This document shows, in pieces, positions 24,174-39,100 of a DNA stretch of 64,000 nucleotides. The DNA comes from Spirogloea muscicola (lineage: Eukaryota). The notes beneath the pieces are model-generated. The model was not told where the DNA came from. It ran no database searches and saw nothing but the letters and a program-made list of their open reading frames with translations. The stretch lies in assembly GCA_009602725.1 (NCBI GenBank), contig WELB01000006.1, forward strand, positions 1,069,035-1,133,034. The letters run 5' to 3'. Position 1 is the first letter of the stretch, and every line of letters starts with the position of its first letter. The position numbers and the translations under genes were made by a program.

Positions 24174-27100
24174 ATGTACCCCCAGATGAGCGCCGGGTTC
24201 GGCGAGGCGCTGGCCTCTCTGTGGCGCGCCGTGGCGGCCGCGCTGCAGCTCTGCGCACTCGCCGGCCTCCACTCCTGCTCCGCGACTGCTCGCTGCAGCG
24301 GCGGTGCTGCTGCTGCTGCGTCGCGACCGCGCCCTCACCTGGCTCCTCGCGCGGGCGCTTCGCCGCGTCGCCGCCGGCCCCGGCGCCACCGCCGCGCTCT
24401 CGGCGACGCTGCGCAAAGGTGCGCTGCAAAGCTGCTCCAGCTCCGCCTCCGGCTCTGGCCTCGGCGCCCACGCTCTGCGAGTGCTCGCGACTCACGCCGC
24501 CGCGCGGGGCGCGACTGGGGCGCGGCAGGGCCCGTGCTCAGCGTCCGTGGCCTGCAGCTGCACCCGGCGGCCATCGACGCCCTTGACTTGCCCTTCGCTG
24601 CCAAGGAAGGTGCGCCCCCAAAGCACTTGCGCACTGCTGGAGGCTCCTGCAATGCGAGCTGCCACTTGATCGGCTTGCCCACGACCGGAGGACGTCCGGG
24701 AAGCTGCCTCGTCGCAAGCTGCTGCCGGCTGAGAACAACCAGCATAAGTAGCAGCAGTAGTAGTAGTATTAGTAGTAATAGTAGTAGAAGAAAGTAGTAA
24801 TAAGAGTAGTAATAGTAGTAGAAGATAGCTGGTGCTTCGCGAAAGGTTCGCCCCAGCAACTGCTATCCAAATGCGGCGGCGCTTGCTCTAGCTCCAAGGC
24901 CTCCTCGTCTGACCGCTCAGTCGTGTCGCCGCAGCGAGGATCGACCTGGTGGAGCTGCGGTGGCCTTGGTGGCCCCTACTGTGGGGCGGCAGGATCGCGC
25001 TCAACGTGCAGGGCGTCCACCTGATCGTCACAAAGCGGAGCTTCCCGGTGGTGCGTATCGCTGGCCCTGGTCGCTCTGCAACCACTTGGCAGTAAGGCGC
25101 CGCCGAGGTTTTTAAAGGCAGAGCCTGAGGCTGAAGCCCTCACTGCATGCAGCACAAGAAAGCTGGCGTGCTCGACCGGCAGCTGCTGGCCCGGCGGCAG
25201 CGGCAGCAGGCCGCACAGCTCGCAGCCGTGGACGCCATCCTGTGGGGCGAAGCAACGTCAACCCCATCCTTTGGTGCGTGTCGCGAGTTGATCATGAGGA
25301 AGTGCTGCCGCTCCTTCAGCGAGGGCGGCTCCTCGCCGGATTCCGATCCCATGCTTTGTCTGCTTGTCCCTCTTCCAGCCGCACTGCAGCCAAGCGAACC
25401 CCGCTGGCTACAAGGTACCACCGCTCTTGGTTAGGAGCTGACCGCAGTCGGGATACTGACTGCAGCTGGCTCCACATTGTCACTTTCCGCAGCCAAGCGT
25501 GCCACTACTGCGCTGGTCAAGCCTCTAGTGATGCTGCTGGCGCAGCCCGCCGTCAAAGCGCTGCAGCTAGCAGTCAAGAGCCTCAGCTTCCGCTTCGACA
25601 TCGACGCCGCATCCAAGGTAGGGCTAGCACAATCGCCGGCTACCTGAGGACGAGCAAGCAAGCCAGGTAGAGATGGCAGCTAGAAGCAAGTCACGGCCTG
25701 CCCAATGTGGCCATGCCCTCCAACTTATTGTGCACACTGGGCTCCTCTCTTCAGGGAGAGCCATACGCCGGTCTGCTGCTGAGCATGGACAGCCTCCAGC
25801 TCCTCCAGGTGGCTGCATCTTGCCTCCCTTGGACGGCCAGTGTGTCCAGAAATCCTGGCTGCATTCCAAACCCTTAATGCATTATGAGTGTTCATGTCAG
25901 TCGCTCAAGTGTTTGCATCTATGCGCAGGCGAAGGACGCCGACGCCGCCGCCCACCCAAGCATTCTGCTCTGCAAGGTCTGGCCTACGCAGTCCTACAGT
26001 AGTAGCTCACGCATGGGACAGCTCGTCCATTGATGGAGATGCAGGCAGTGCCTACAGTTCCTGTGTAGCAATGCTTGTTCTTAGCAAGCTCTAATCACTA
26101 GGTGCCTGCTCCTGTCTGCGGCGTTTCAGGAGATCCGCCTCAAGGGCTTGAACCTTGAGATTGTGCACAGTGGGCAGCCTCAAGCTGGAGGGGTTAGAAC
26201 AACCCCCTTTTATATGTTTTCCACTGCCAGCCTGTTGACTTGCAGCAGTTCATGCCAAAAGATCAGGCGCTCTGTTGGATCTTGATGTGAAGCGTGCCAC
26301 CTCACTTGGGTAGTCAATTGACGTAGCGACCATGGATTTCCAAGCATGTATAATTAGCCAAGCTTGGGTCTTCTTGCCTCGTATGCTATGAAGCTTAGAC
26401 TGTTTTCCTGACCGTTTCCAGGATGACCATGATGGGCGGGCAACACGCGAGGCCATTGTCAAGCGGTGGAGCGTCACAGCTCAGGCACGCTTGTTAGCCA
26501 TCTAGGCCTGCGCCGGAGGGGAGCCCACCAGAAGTGCACTTAGAGAGGAAAAGGGGCCAGCCTTATTCTGCAAACAGGATTGCATTTTGCATACGTGCTT
26601 ACGTCATTACATGATGCTCTTTGAGATGGCATGATAGACCGCTGCTTGTGTGAGAGCAACTGGAGTTTGACTCTTTCCAGATGGTGTGATGCAGCTTAGC
26701 ATCTCGGAGGCTAGGCGCCTTGCCGGTCTCAGAGCCAGTGCAAGCCTTTCCGTGGGAGCTCTGATCATCAGTGCAAATGAAACCGTCATGGAGTGTCTGG
26801 TCGAGACGCTCCATCACATTCGTCTGTTCACCAAATTTAAGCAGGTTGACTTGGTTGACCACCTACAAGCAAGGCTGAAGGATGTTCTGCGTGAACAGCC
26901 TTGAATGGATGATCACAGAAGAGCAGATTTACTGTGCAATTAGTGTGGCGGCATGGAAAGGCGTTGTAAAATGCATGAGTTGGCAGAACGTGTCATTCCT
27001 AACTTTGCCGTTGCGAATGGCAAAGTCTTATTCTTGCGCACCACTGCTATCCAGTTCAGGCAGCCCCGCCCACAGCTGACTGTGCTGGAAAGTCCTGCAG

Positions 27101-30100
27101 CTTGGTGGCGCCATGCTAGTAAGTTTCCTGTCAAAGGGTGCTCTTCCAGCCAGGACAGCTTGCTTCAAATAATTATTGCACAAGAGCATTGCCTGACTTC
27201 TTTGTCAGTGTTTAGCTATCTCCTATCTAGAAGTTGGTTATGTGTGCAAGCTCCCAGTACGTGACAGCTGCATCCTCTCAATGGTTACCCATGTCTCTAG
27301 TTGCAGCAGGATTCAGTACATTGCTGTCTCGGGTGTTTATGATTGTTGAGGAGGCAGAAGGTTGCTGGGCTGACCCTGCCAGTGGCATGTATGTGCGTGC
27401 CAGTCTCTGCTGTCCTCAGGGCACACAGAGAAGCGAATCCGGGGCGCCCTGTGCGGCCAGTAAGGCTTGCGGAATTTCGCCAGCTCCGGGAGCTTTACAG
27501 TAGTGCATATGCTCACTATCATCTCTCACCACAGCAGCTCAGCAGGTGTGCCAGCACGCTTATACCCCAAAACTCTCAACCGTAACCCCTACTCCTTTAA
27601 CCTTTTGATCCTAAACCTTAAAATCTGGGACCCGCAGGCTGTAAATGCAGGCAAGCCTTCACAGCAATGTAAAACCTGGATGGCATATTCCATGGTGATG
27701 ACTGAGGTCTCACTATTACAGCTTAGTGGCTCGTTTGCCTTGGGAGTGCCATTATGTAGCATCAAACGATGAAGGGCATCAATGCTCTTCATATCAACTT
27801 TTTGCACGCCCAGGGAAGAGAGGACTCTGATGGAGGAGGTGGAGACCTTAGTTGGTACAAAGCTGACAGCTCTTATCCGCTGGAGGGTTGTGGCCGAGAT
27901 GCGAAGGGCAGACTGGTCAAGGTGCTGGCAGGTGCGCTATTTCTCTGCCCGCAATAAAATGGACTCTTAACAAGTATTGCACATTGCGTAAGTCAGTATC
28001 TCCTTTGCTCAGAGTGCATCTACTAGCACCAGGCTGGAGCATGACATGTAACACTCTGCAGAGATGCTAACTACTGTGCTTATAAGTTGACCTGGGTGGT
28101 CAGGCTGGGCGATTTGATGCATATCTTAAGGAGATTACATCACTGCTGGACGACGTTGACCTTGTTCTGCAAGGGGTCAAGACAGCAGGTTGGTCAACAG
28201 GACGGAGCTTCCATCTAGCTTGTATTCTTTGTAGCCTGTGCAATGCTTGCTGCAATGCAAGCCACCAAAAGCACAGTTGCACTTGTGCAGCAAAGGAAGC
28301 TGCAGCACCAGTTGAAAATCATCTTCAGCTGGCTTGCCCCCGGGTACGCAGTAACTAAGTTGGTTTATCTGTTCTGCTCATTCATAGAAAGTAGGTAATG
28401 GTTCGAATGTTCAGAAGCCTCCAACTCTGATGACTTGGGCAGAAGGCTTGCTTCTAGGCAATACAGCTTCTCATTGGCCATTGGCATGGGCGAGACAGAT
28501 TAGCCTACTTCTGTCCACGTCAGAGAGCTTGGAGTGGGGTGGAGAGGTGTCCATGAAACAGATAGCAGCCAGTGTTCAGGTGAGTCCTTGCACAAAGTAG
28601 ATGTGCGAGATTAGGGTTTGGTCGTGTGGATTTAGGATGTGTCCATTTAGCATGTCAAATTGTAGTCCAACACAGAGTAGTCCAACATCGACTGGTGTCT
28701 TCTTCTGTATTCTGCACCGTTTGCAGGCCGGCAAGGCAGGAGTGAGGCTGGAATGTGGCATCCGCGCCATGCTGATTAAGGATAGTCAAGCATCTCCTCA
28801 TCCACATGGGTGTGACTTTGTTCTATCTAGGCAAGTTTGACACATCGACTGACAACTTGTCTTCCAAGCAATCACAGCCTCAACTACTACAGCTATCAGT
28901 TGCTATCCTGGCATTGCCTCTTAGCAATGCATTGTCCAAGATGGCTAGCTAAAGTGATCACATATTTTTGCAGTCCTGCTCAAGGGGACCAGACAGGAGC
29001 ACCAAGTAGAAGTGGCCAGTACCTGTTCGTGTCCGTGGTCCTCCAGATGCCCTCCAAAACTGCAGCTCTGGACACCTTGCCCAGCTTAACGTGCCGCATC
29101 GCTGCCACTGACATTGTGTTTCTCCCAATTTGGACTTCACGCCTGCTTCTTCTTCTCGACTCGCTTGCGTTGGTAAACATTCCGCCTGAGTACCAGTGTG
29201 TGCCACAAATTGACAGTAGGTTTAGTATTTGAGATCTGGGTTTGAAGTGTGAATACAAGCTGCACCAGAGCATGCGAGGCATGTTGTGCCTCTGTATGTG
29301 CACATACCTGGGTGGTGCCTGAAAGAGGAAGCCCTGACAGGGTTTTGTCCTTGTATACTGGTCAGACTGGTCGCTCAGAAAGGGGAGAAGCAGGCCGGAA
29401 GCAAGGAGAAGGAACAGAGTGGATGCCTGATTTGCGGCGGCAGCAGCGGAGGTTCTTTCGCGGGCAGCAGCAGATGCAAGGTCCTGCAGAGGCCGCTGCC
29501 TTGCTGCACCGGAAGGTGGTCGTGCGCAACAAGGCCAGAAGGTCGCTCAAGCTTGAGGTTGTATCTGGCACCATCCGCCTGGTTGTGCCGTGTCACGGCA
29601 TGGTGAGTTGCCCAACAAAATCCCTTGGCTACATTATACTTGATGACAATGTTGGCACTCTGTGAAGATGATTGATCTTGTGACGCATTGTTGGCTATGT
29701 CAGGCTGGCCAGTCATCAGAAGAGAGTCCAATCCAGGAAGGTATCGAAGCGGCTGGAGGTGGCTCAGAGCCAGGGTCCCACTCCTTGCTCGTCATCATTG
29801 ACGAGCTCTCTCTGCAGACTGAGCGGTGACCTTCCACCTCTGAACAAAGTCACACATCTTGAGCAGGGTCGCTTGCTTGATGTTACATCTATGATGGCAG
29901 TATAGCCAACTTGATACATCTGTGATGGCAGCAAAGCCAACTGATGAACTTTGCTCTCTGCGTGCAGCCCTGTGAGCCAGAAGCTTGCTCCATCAACCCG
30001 AGAGGACACAGCTTGGATCATGAAGTACCACAGCCACAGCACTGCGCCACTCCGCTTCCAGAAGCTTTACTGCCAGCTGACACTGGAAGCTTGCCTTGCC

Positions 30101-33100
30101 AGGACGCCAGACTTCTCGGACAGGTATATTGCGTTTGCCTCAAAGGGCTAATTAATCCTGACAGGTCTTTTCAATAAGCATCAGCGTGTACTCTCACTGA
30201 GCTGTGACAGGCCTCCGTCACAAAACACAAATCCGCCTGTGCAGGGTACCAATCTTGCAAAAGCTAGAGGTCTTTGTTGCGCTCATCCTCTGCGCCCAGC
30301 CCGCGTCACTTACTGTCACGAAGGTGAATGCTCGTCCACTTGACCATAAAGTGAGTGGAGGTAACACATCAGGTCAGATGAAGACGTCTTCATCACTCAA
30401 ATAGGAAATTTTACTTATTGCCGATGATTTCCACTTCCTGTTGGATCCGATCATCTGGTCCCTAAGCGGGGTTCTCCTCCTGTGCAATTTCATCAGCTCC
30501 TTCACCTGTCTTTGAACTTCTCTCCGATTTTGCTGCTGGTGTCACCAATTGCTGCAGCCGAAGTGGCACGTCTGAAGCAAAGGTTAGACCAATCATGCTA
30601 TAAAATCCTTCCTACTCTTCCCTTCCATGAATGTAATCGCCAGTACTGCACACCACGTTTTATCCTGCACATAGGGCAATTGGTCATGAATAATTCTCAC
30701 CCCAGTCCGCTTGAAGCAAGTGTTAGGATGCTGAGACTTGCCAATCTTTACACTTGAAGCCTGACAGACATCGGCAAGAGCCATGGGCAACGGGCAGCCC
30801 GCAATGTTGCCAAGCCAAGTGGGAAAAGATCAGGAGGAGGAGGGCTTGTTTGGCTTTTTAAAGTGCAGGTATGCACGAGAAGGTCCAAGTGCTCATGACC
30901 TTCTCCTCTCCCTCTCTCCCCCCCTCCCCTTCCCCCACCAAGCCCTCTCTCTTGCGCCCGCTATGCGCGCTCTTGCACTGAAGAATGCAAGGTGTGTAAC
31001 TCTAGTACTCATTGCAATCATGATTGGCAATGATGGGTGCACAAAGCTGTTCACAGGTGCCAGCTGTAGCAGTGAAGGTGCTGCAGTGGAGACCTAAGCT
31101 GCATTCAAGGATCTGTGGCTGCGATAGCTGCGATGACAACAATGAGATCTGCTGGCTGGATCGAGAAAGGCCTCTCTATCTCTTCCAGCTCAGGTTGCTC
31201 AACGTCGTTGTCAAGAAGCTGGGCGAAGGGGTCAGCTCCTGTCTCTACACTATGGTCATTGTCAGCTATTGCTGTGCGAAGTCGCTTTCCAGGTAGGCCA
31301 GCACGAGCGAGAAAAAATCTCATCCAGTAGAGGGCAATCACGAGTCTGCATGCAGTGAGCTGATATATAGCCGCAAATTGGCAGTTGGAGGTTCTGGTGG
31401 GTCTGGGTGGGCTGATTGCTGCAGACCTCCAATTGAAGGTACTGCTTCATGATTTTTTGGTCAACAAGTGAGAGGCAGCTGGTAAACCTTATAGTCAGCC
31501 CAGCATGATCTACTTCTACTTTTGAATGTGTACGTAACGGTGACTTGGGCAGAGTCATGATGTCTGTGCTATGCATGATTTTGCAGCTTGACCTGCCAGA
31601 AAGCTACATCATCAGCCCGTTGCTGGATTACGAAGGCGACAAGCTTCACCGCCTCCAAAGAGTACTATATGATTGTTAATTTCGCCCATTCTTATTCAAT
31701 CAGTGATAACGCGCTTAGCCGACATGGTAAACAGGACTTATTCTGCTTGATACCTGGAAACAGGTAGTAAAGAAGTGGAGGGAGGCTACTGCGGCCACAA
31801 CGGGACGACCTAGTCGAGACGCGGCCAGTGGAATGACAAGTTCCGTATGTCAGGTTGGCAGCTCACACCTTCACAACTCATGTCATGCCTAGATTGAGTC
31901 CCTCGCTGTGCTGAGGAGAGAGGCGATCATGCGCATTTTGTCAGTGTGAAATGTCTCGATGCAGATCAATACCCGAGTGCTTACGCAGCCCATGCAACCC
32001 ACCATTGTGGACGTCCACATCACCACCATACCTGTCTGCTGGTAAGCCGTCTAACTATCGCCAAGGCAGTGAGGTGATGGCGGCCATGAGGCTCTATGAC
32101 GGCTGGTGTCTATGTACATTACCAGCAGAATGAAGTCACACAGTTAATGTGCAGGAGCAGAGGCTGATTTCTCAGAATGCGTTCATGCAGCCACCTTGAG
32201 TCCATGGTTGACCTTCTCCATTGCTTTAGCAAATTAAAGCGAGTTGTCAGCAAGGTGGCCACCAGCTTCAACGCAGTCAAGAGCACGTCAAGCCAGGTTG
32301 AGAGTACCCAAGTTCAGAAACCTGCCGAATTAGGAACACAATCAGCAAGTGATGGTCCAGACGGCCCATTGTGGAGGATAGGACAACCTGGCCTCACCGA
32401 CCTGTCGAAGAGCTTCTCTTTCTTCAAGGTCCCCATTGCAGAACCAGAGCAGCCTCAGGACACCTCAGTTGAGGATGTCCAATTTGAGGTCCTGAGGACA
32501 GACGCGGCATCGCAGCTCAGAAGTAGGCCAGCAAGCACTTCAGGTGACCCGGCGGCGCAGCTCTTCCAGAAGCACGCAGGTAGCAGAGAGACGGGGCTTG
32601 CAGCCAAGGGCTTGCAGCTGAACCTATGGCTGGCGGCATTGGAGCTGAGGGTGGGCACGCTCGATCATGCCTTCATGAAGCTTACAGCTGGAGGTGTGCG
32701 CACGACGTTGAGCACTGGAGGGACAGCCGAGCAGCACAAAGACGGAGGCAACAGTCTGAGGAGCAAAGATGGAGAAGCAAATGGCAAAGGCGTGGAAGAG
32801 GACGGGAGAGGGCTGTTTCTTGTTCTACAGGTCAACACTCTGAAAGTTGAGGACCTCTGCTTCAAGGACAAGAAGTACCGCTACATCGTCTCCCCGCAAG
32901 GCAGCCTTCCTTCTGTCACGGTGCAGATCAGCACACGCCACGAGCAATGGGTCTCTTCTCTCCATCCACTTCCCCAGGTACTAGGCTTCTTACTGCCAAT
33001 CAATTGCTTTAAAATTTGGAGTCATCGTACTATGGTCTGGAGGACACTCGCAGCACTGAGGCTAGTCATCATTGGTAGCATACAAATACATTGTTATTGC

Positions 33101-36100
33101 AGAAGGTCATGGTGCAACAATGTCTATTTTGCAGATGAAGATCTGGGTGGAAAGCAATCAGTTGAGGCTTGTGGTTATCCTGAGATTTATTAAAGACATA
33201 ATCTTCCTCATAGCACGGTTGAAGGAGCTCAGATCAAGAGGTGGTAACAAAGAGAAGCCACCACCCAAGAAAGTATCATTTGAGGGTCCACTGAAGAAAT
33301 ACTCTCTTCTCATATACATCACTCTCTGTGACCTCACAGCAATGATGGCAAGGTTCGAAGTTTGTGCCCTTGCCCCTTGACGTATGGTCAATACACGGCC
33401 TTTCACTGTGATACTCCGATGGCAAGAACCTCGCCTAATGTATGCAGTATTGGAAAGCTAAGGCAGCTAAGGCTTGTCCAGCAAGTCAATCGTCAGGCTT
33501 GTCCACAAAGCAAGAAGGTCCAGGCTGATGTGATCTGAGTTGCCAATGTCTAGGCATTCGTGGGAAGAAGAAAGATACGAGATCCGAGCCCGCAAGCTTG
33601 CCTGCACGATTCCCAGCGTTCCTAGTGTCCAACTCGCGGAGTACTACTGTCGCCAGCTCGGGCAAATTCCGTCAGAACACACTCAATTTGCCATGCCACC
33701 GGACTTCTGGAGGCCCTTCCAGCACACTCCCGGCACGCGTCCTACAATTGCTATCCACATGATGGACTACTGCTTCTACTATGTCAGTCCAGAAGGTGTT
33801 GACCGGCCATGCACTACAGGCAGCAGTGATGTCTCTGCCATCATCCAGGTATGCGAGCACAGTAGCCTCATGCCTGGACAAAGGTTGGACATGCATAGCG
33901 CCTCCAAGGTTGATTGCAATGTGCTGACCTTCGTGAGCTACCTACTGAATTTACCTGATTATGCTCCTTTCTCTGGAAATTTCATTGCGCCAGGTTCATC
34001 CCTTTCGTCTGCGGGTGCTATGGACGGAGTTTGTGTGCATCTTTGGGGAGATCCAGTATGCCCTCCTAATGGGCCTTATCTTTGACCAATCCGAGGAGCC
34101 AGGATCCTATGCAGGTACAATGCTTAATACCATATGTCTTTTTATATCCTTATTGCACCTCAGGTGACTGATTTTAGCTCAGTGCACCACCAACATGTGT
34201 TTTGTGCATGTGCCAGGTCCGGAGAGGGGATTCAACCCTTATGTGGGTCAAGTGCAGGGAGGTCTGTTGAGCGATGTTGTGCCAGACACGGACCTTATTG
34301 GCATGCAAGCCTCCTGGGAGCTCCGATTTGAGGTCGTTAATGCCAATATCAAGGTGGAGATGCCCCCCAAGCTCCTTCCCCACTTTGGTCGAGGAGAGCC
34401 GCTGAGCACGGTCACCATCCAGAAGCTGAAGGTGACAGTGGGAAGCTACTGGCCCCCACCCCCAACATCACGCTTCCTGGAGCTGATTGTCAGTGGTCGT
34501 GCTGTCGCAATCACCGATGACCGCTTTCAGACTATCACGCTTGTGCCTCTGGAGATCGTAAGGTGCCCCCACCATGTCAAGATTGGCTCCAGGGATGCTG
34601 AAAAATTGGGGGCCGATCAGCTTTGCACAGCGGATGACAATACCTTCGTCCTGCAATATGCCATCAAGAAGAATCACACACACGCCATGGAGATTACGTT
34701 GCTCCGATGCAGCAAAATTTGGTCGTACTTTTTCCACTTTGGATACGTGAGGGCGATCATTGACACATTTGCGGGCTACTTCTTGAAGCCCTTGTGCGCC
34801 TTCGGTCCCAGGAGCTTAGATCCCGACAGCTTCTTCTTCATCAATGTCATCCTTCAGGTGCCCATCATGTTCAAAGGCAACCCAAGTCCCCCTGTTGTCA
34901 TGGCATCTTTGCAGTGGCGTCTAGTTCCTCTGGTCAGCATCTTATTTGACTTTTGCTGACTCGCAGGACTCAGAGGCCTTCCTTCCCATCCCTGATCCAG
35001 CAATAGCAGCAGAGGGAAAGCTTTGGAACCTAGAAACAGATGAGGAGCACGACGAGGTCTGGCGGTTTGTGTACGAGGTGGGGGTGTGGAGCAGCGCCTT
35101 GAACACTTACTTCCTCAACATCAGAGATCAATCAATTAGGCTGAGATCCAAGACAATGCGAGTGTCATATAGCTGGGGAGGGGACAGGAGGTCCAAGCTT
35201 CGAGTGGATATGGTCGGATCCAGGGCCTGCCAAATACACCAAGTAGAGGTATTGGCAATACCCACATCCTGAATAATGAGCATTTTGACCTGGAGGACTA
35301 CAAGTGCCTGACGTGGGTAGACCACAATTGATTATGAAAACAATACCTGACAATGGCATCCTTGCACATTGTTTCGGCTGACAAAGGGACCATCATCTCC
35401 CCTTTCATCAATGTATGCAGGCATTTGCTTTGAGGGACTTCTTAGGCCCGATGGATGCGTCTTTCCAAATGGATGTGCATGTGCCAAAGCGTGGCAACTC
35501 TCGAAGCACCAAGTTCCTGTTCGATTGCTCTGTGCAGTCTCCTGACAAGCCCAGGGGCTGTTTGCCTATCTATTTCGTCTTCTCGGTATTGCACCTTACG
35601 TTGTCCTTTCACGCACACAGCTATAATGTAGATATTTTGAGACATCTCATTCACAGTCCTTAACATTGTTCTACTGCTGACTTTGTTGCCAGCACATAAC
35701 GCTTGTGAAAGCTGCCGTGGAGGTCCTATTTCTCCGCCTCCGTGAGAAAGCAGACAAGGACACCCGTTCCTTGCAGACAAGGCCTTTCCTGCCATCTGCT
35801 CTTGCTATTTCTGTCAACCTAAACAAGTTAGCTCTCGCTTTGGTTGACGACAGGTGAGCATCTCTCCTACAGGCACTCGCACTCTGATTTCCAGCTGCTT
35901 TTTGCTAGCTGCTTTTCTTATTGTGAGGCCTTCAGCTACTAACTTATTTGCCAGAGCTCTCAAGCAAATGCAGTGTTGCAGCCAGAGAGCGCCCAGTGCA
36001 AGCAGATCCACTCACTGGCGGTGTATACTGGCTAACATTTCAGGCAGTAGCTTGGTCTCTGTCATTGATTGACAATGACTGCAGTGCACTGTGGTGACTT

Positions 36101-39100
36101 CTCGGCAGGCTAGGGACGCCAGCCACCATTCTGGAAGTCATAGCAGAGACATTGAGTTTCTCCTGGCAACATGAGAAGGCAACAGAAGCTAAGCTTCCTT
36201 CACAGTTGGCAGAGCTCAATCTTTTCCTTTCTGCACTCTACCTTAATGATAACATTGAGGTAATACCCCTACACTGCTAACTTCACAGCTTGATCTTGCA
36301 CGTTCAGCTCTTTAGTTCTGTTCTCGATACTCCTTTTGAGACTGATCATTTACAAAACTGGCTCAGTGTAAGGCTTCGATTTTGAAAGGTGGCCTGTTGA
36401 TAATCTCACTAGGAGCGTGTTATGCCTAACTGCAGATGATGGATCCAGTCATAGAGCGGTGGCCAGCGAAGGTCTCTCTAAGTTCAGAGGCTGGGAGGTA
36501 CCACTTTGTCACTGAGTCTAAGCAGCTACTGGCTATAATTTTCACGCCGACCCAGTTGAGAGCGTATGGTGATGCCCTTGGCTTCTTCCAACTGCTTCTG
36601 AAGGGGTTGCAGTGGGAGCAGAAGACCAATGCGCCAGAGGCCACTGAGGGCTCTGGTATAGAGGTTAGTCCGTAGTCATTGATGGTCTCTGGAGGTCCAT
36701 CTGCTCCTATCTGTCTACAAAATGTCCTGCATCTGCACGTACAAATGCTCTTTTCAGAGAAGGTTGTGCATGATTCCTGGCCATCTTATAGGAGTTCTAT
36801 GCAGTCCCAAGGTCCTTAACAATCGCCGTGCTTGAAATTTGCAGGCTACTCCCTCTGGCCTTGCCAGCATGGGAAGTGAGGCAAGTTGGCTTGGAGAGGT
36901 CAGTTTCTCTCATGCATTTGCATATCTTATTCACAATACAGATACTGCTTGAGCATCTCTTGGGATTCATTACGAGCACTGTACTTCACATTGTAATGTT
37001 GCTCACAATATCGTACTGTCACTTGGGTTTCAGGCAAAGGAAGAACCTCTTGTGCGTGATGACACTTCTCTCCAAGCTGTCAATGTGGCCGCTGAACAGG
37101 TAGATCCTAGTGAGGTCAGTCCTCCGTCAACTTCTAGTGCTTTTGCACTGACTTTCAGCAAGTACTCCAGGTACATGCATGTGGTGACTGAGTAGAATCT
37201 CCTGGGCATGTTACTGAACAAGAAGCTGGCTTTGGACACAGGTTTCTGTCAAAGAGTCATTGAATTTGATGACTGATGACCTGCGGAAAATGGCTCGTTA
37301 TCGACTACAAAATCAGACGGGGCATAAGCTTTACTACTGGGCAGGTTGGTACCGTGCCTTCATCCTCTTTCTATACATTCTAATGAGAAAACGGGCAGTG
37401 GGCTTTATGCCTGGGAAGGTCTCTTCATGGACTTTGGAATAAGTTTTAAGAGCATCTGACATTGATTGCTACTTGCTGTTCACCCTCTTCAGAAGAAGGT
37501 GTCAAGACACAGGCTTACTCCGTGGATCCCGGGCAAGAGTGTGTACTCCAAGTGCAGCCTGTGGAGAGAGTCATAACCTTGTTTGACTCGCGAAAGATTG
37601 TGGCTAGAACTATTTGCCTCCAGCCCCAGAAGGGCTGGGCACCGGTCTCAGACGTGGTGGTCGATAAGGTGTGTGTATTCAGCCGAATCCTAGCTCTGAG
37701 GTCTGCCTTGCCTGCATGTTTTTGTCTCTGTGCTACGGCACCTCCGGCTTTGAGCTGCAAATCCACTCTGTCCGCAAAGGCGTGACTTTCATAGTTGTAG
37801 TCTGTACATTGATTATCCTTGCTTAAGGGTCCTTAAAAGTGTTCTTTATTGTATTCATGGGCATAAGACAGGTGAATAGAGCACCATATGCAAAGGTCCA
37901 AACAGGCTGAGGCACTAAGTAAGGTGGAGCTTTATGCTCCTTGTGCATCTAGGTGGGCAAGTACGTCATGGAGCTGCAGTCGCCCCAGGGTGGTGCAAAC
38001 GTCCCCCTTGTGGTAGATGTGATCCTGGAGGAGAGGACGAAGAAGGTGGTGGTGCACTCGACCCTCCAGCTTACGAACTGCTCCACTCACTCGCTCTCCT
38101 TCTCTCTCAACCTCCCCTCGTCTCCACCTGCTGCCATTGGTAAGTCGAGGGAAGTGACAACCACCTTCTTTCATATTGGACATGGGGTGAAGGTCAGATG
38201 TCTCTGCAAGTAAGCACTAGATTAAAGCATGCACAATGAGGCTAAGGGCATGTCATCCTCAAGATACTGCTCTAGTCAAGGAAGGACCTTGGGATGTTGG
38301 GCAAGTTGGTCCTTGTACCACCAGTGTGGATGGTGTGAGCAAGTTGTCGGATTTGCTCCTAGCTAGCCGTACTCGTTTGTGGCAGGGCCCCTTGTTGCCG
38401 GCGAGTCCTTGTACCTTCCCATACAGGCCCTCCTGGGTGGCAAGCTCTACCTCCAAGCCCAGGTGTCACAGCAGCCAGCTTGTCTAAGCTTCTGCAGTCG
38501 TGAGATGCTGCATCTTAAGTCATATACCTCTTAGGCAACTCTACTGGCTGCCAGTGATCACTACCTCTGTCAACAGCCCAGCAGAGGCAAACTGCTGCCA
38601 TGGGCTCAGTAAGTATAGCTCCTCATTGACGCACACGAGCTGCAGGGTTATGCCAAGGGGGAGAAGGACGTCATAAGCTTGTCAAGCAGCGGGCTCCTGG
38701 AACAGCAGGGCCTCCTTGCTTGCGCCTCTCTCCAAGCAGATAGCCCTCCGTTCTTCTGCTGCCTGCAAATCATATCTGACCCCGCTACACGGGCAGCCAG
38801 CGGTGGTGCAATAGAGGTCAGCTGCTTTGCTGAAGGACTGTGTTTCTGCTGAAGTGGTGGCCTCTCTGCCATGATTGGTTGCTGCTCCTCTTGCCCTCAC
38901 GCTTTTATCCTCAAATCAAGCAGGAAAGTTGCTTGCTTGTGTCGTTGACTTAGCTTTCTCTTACATCCTCTTCAGGAGCATTCGCTGTCTTTTCATGCCC
39001 CACTGGTGATCAGCAATGCACTGCCCTTTCCCATGGAAGTTGTACTGCACAGCATTGAAGGGAACTCAAGGGATCCACTACACATTGCCTCAGGTACATT

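Noticed and set aside
27565..27625. Telomere-like ccctaa/cctaaa motifs
   Set aside because: They are too degenerate and short to call an interstitial telomeric array.
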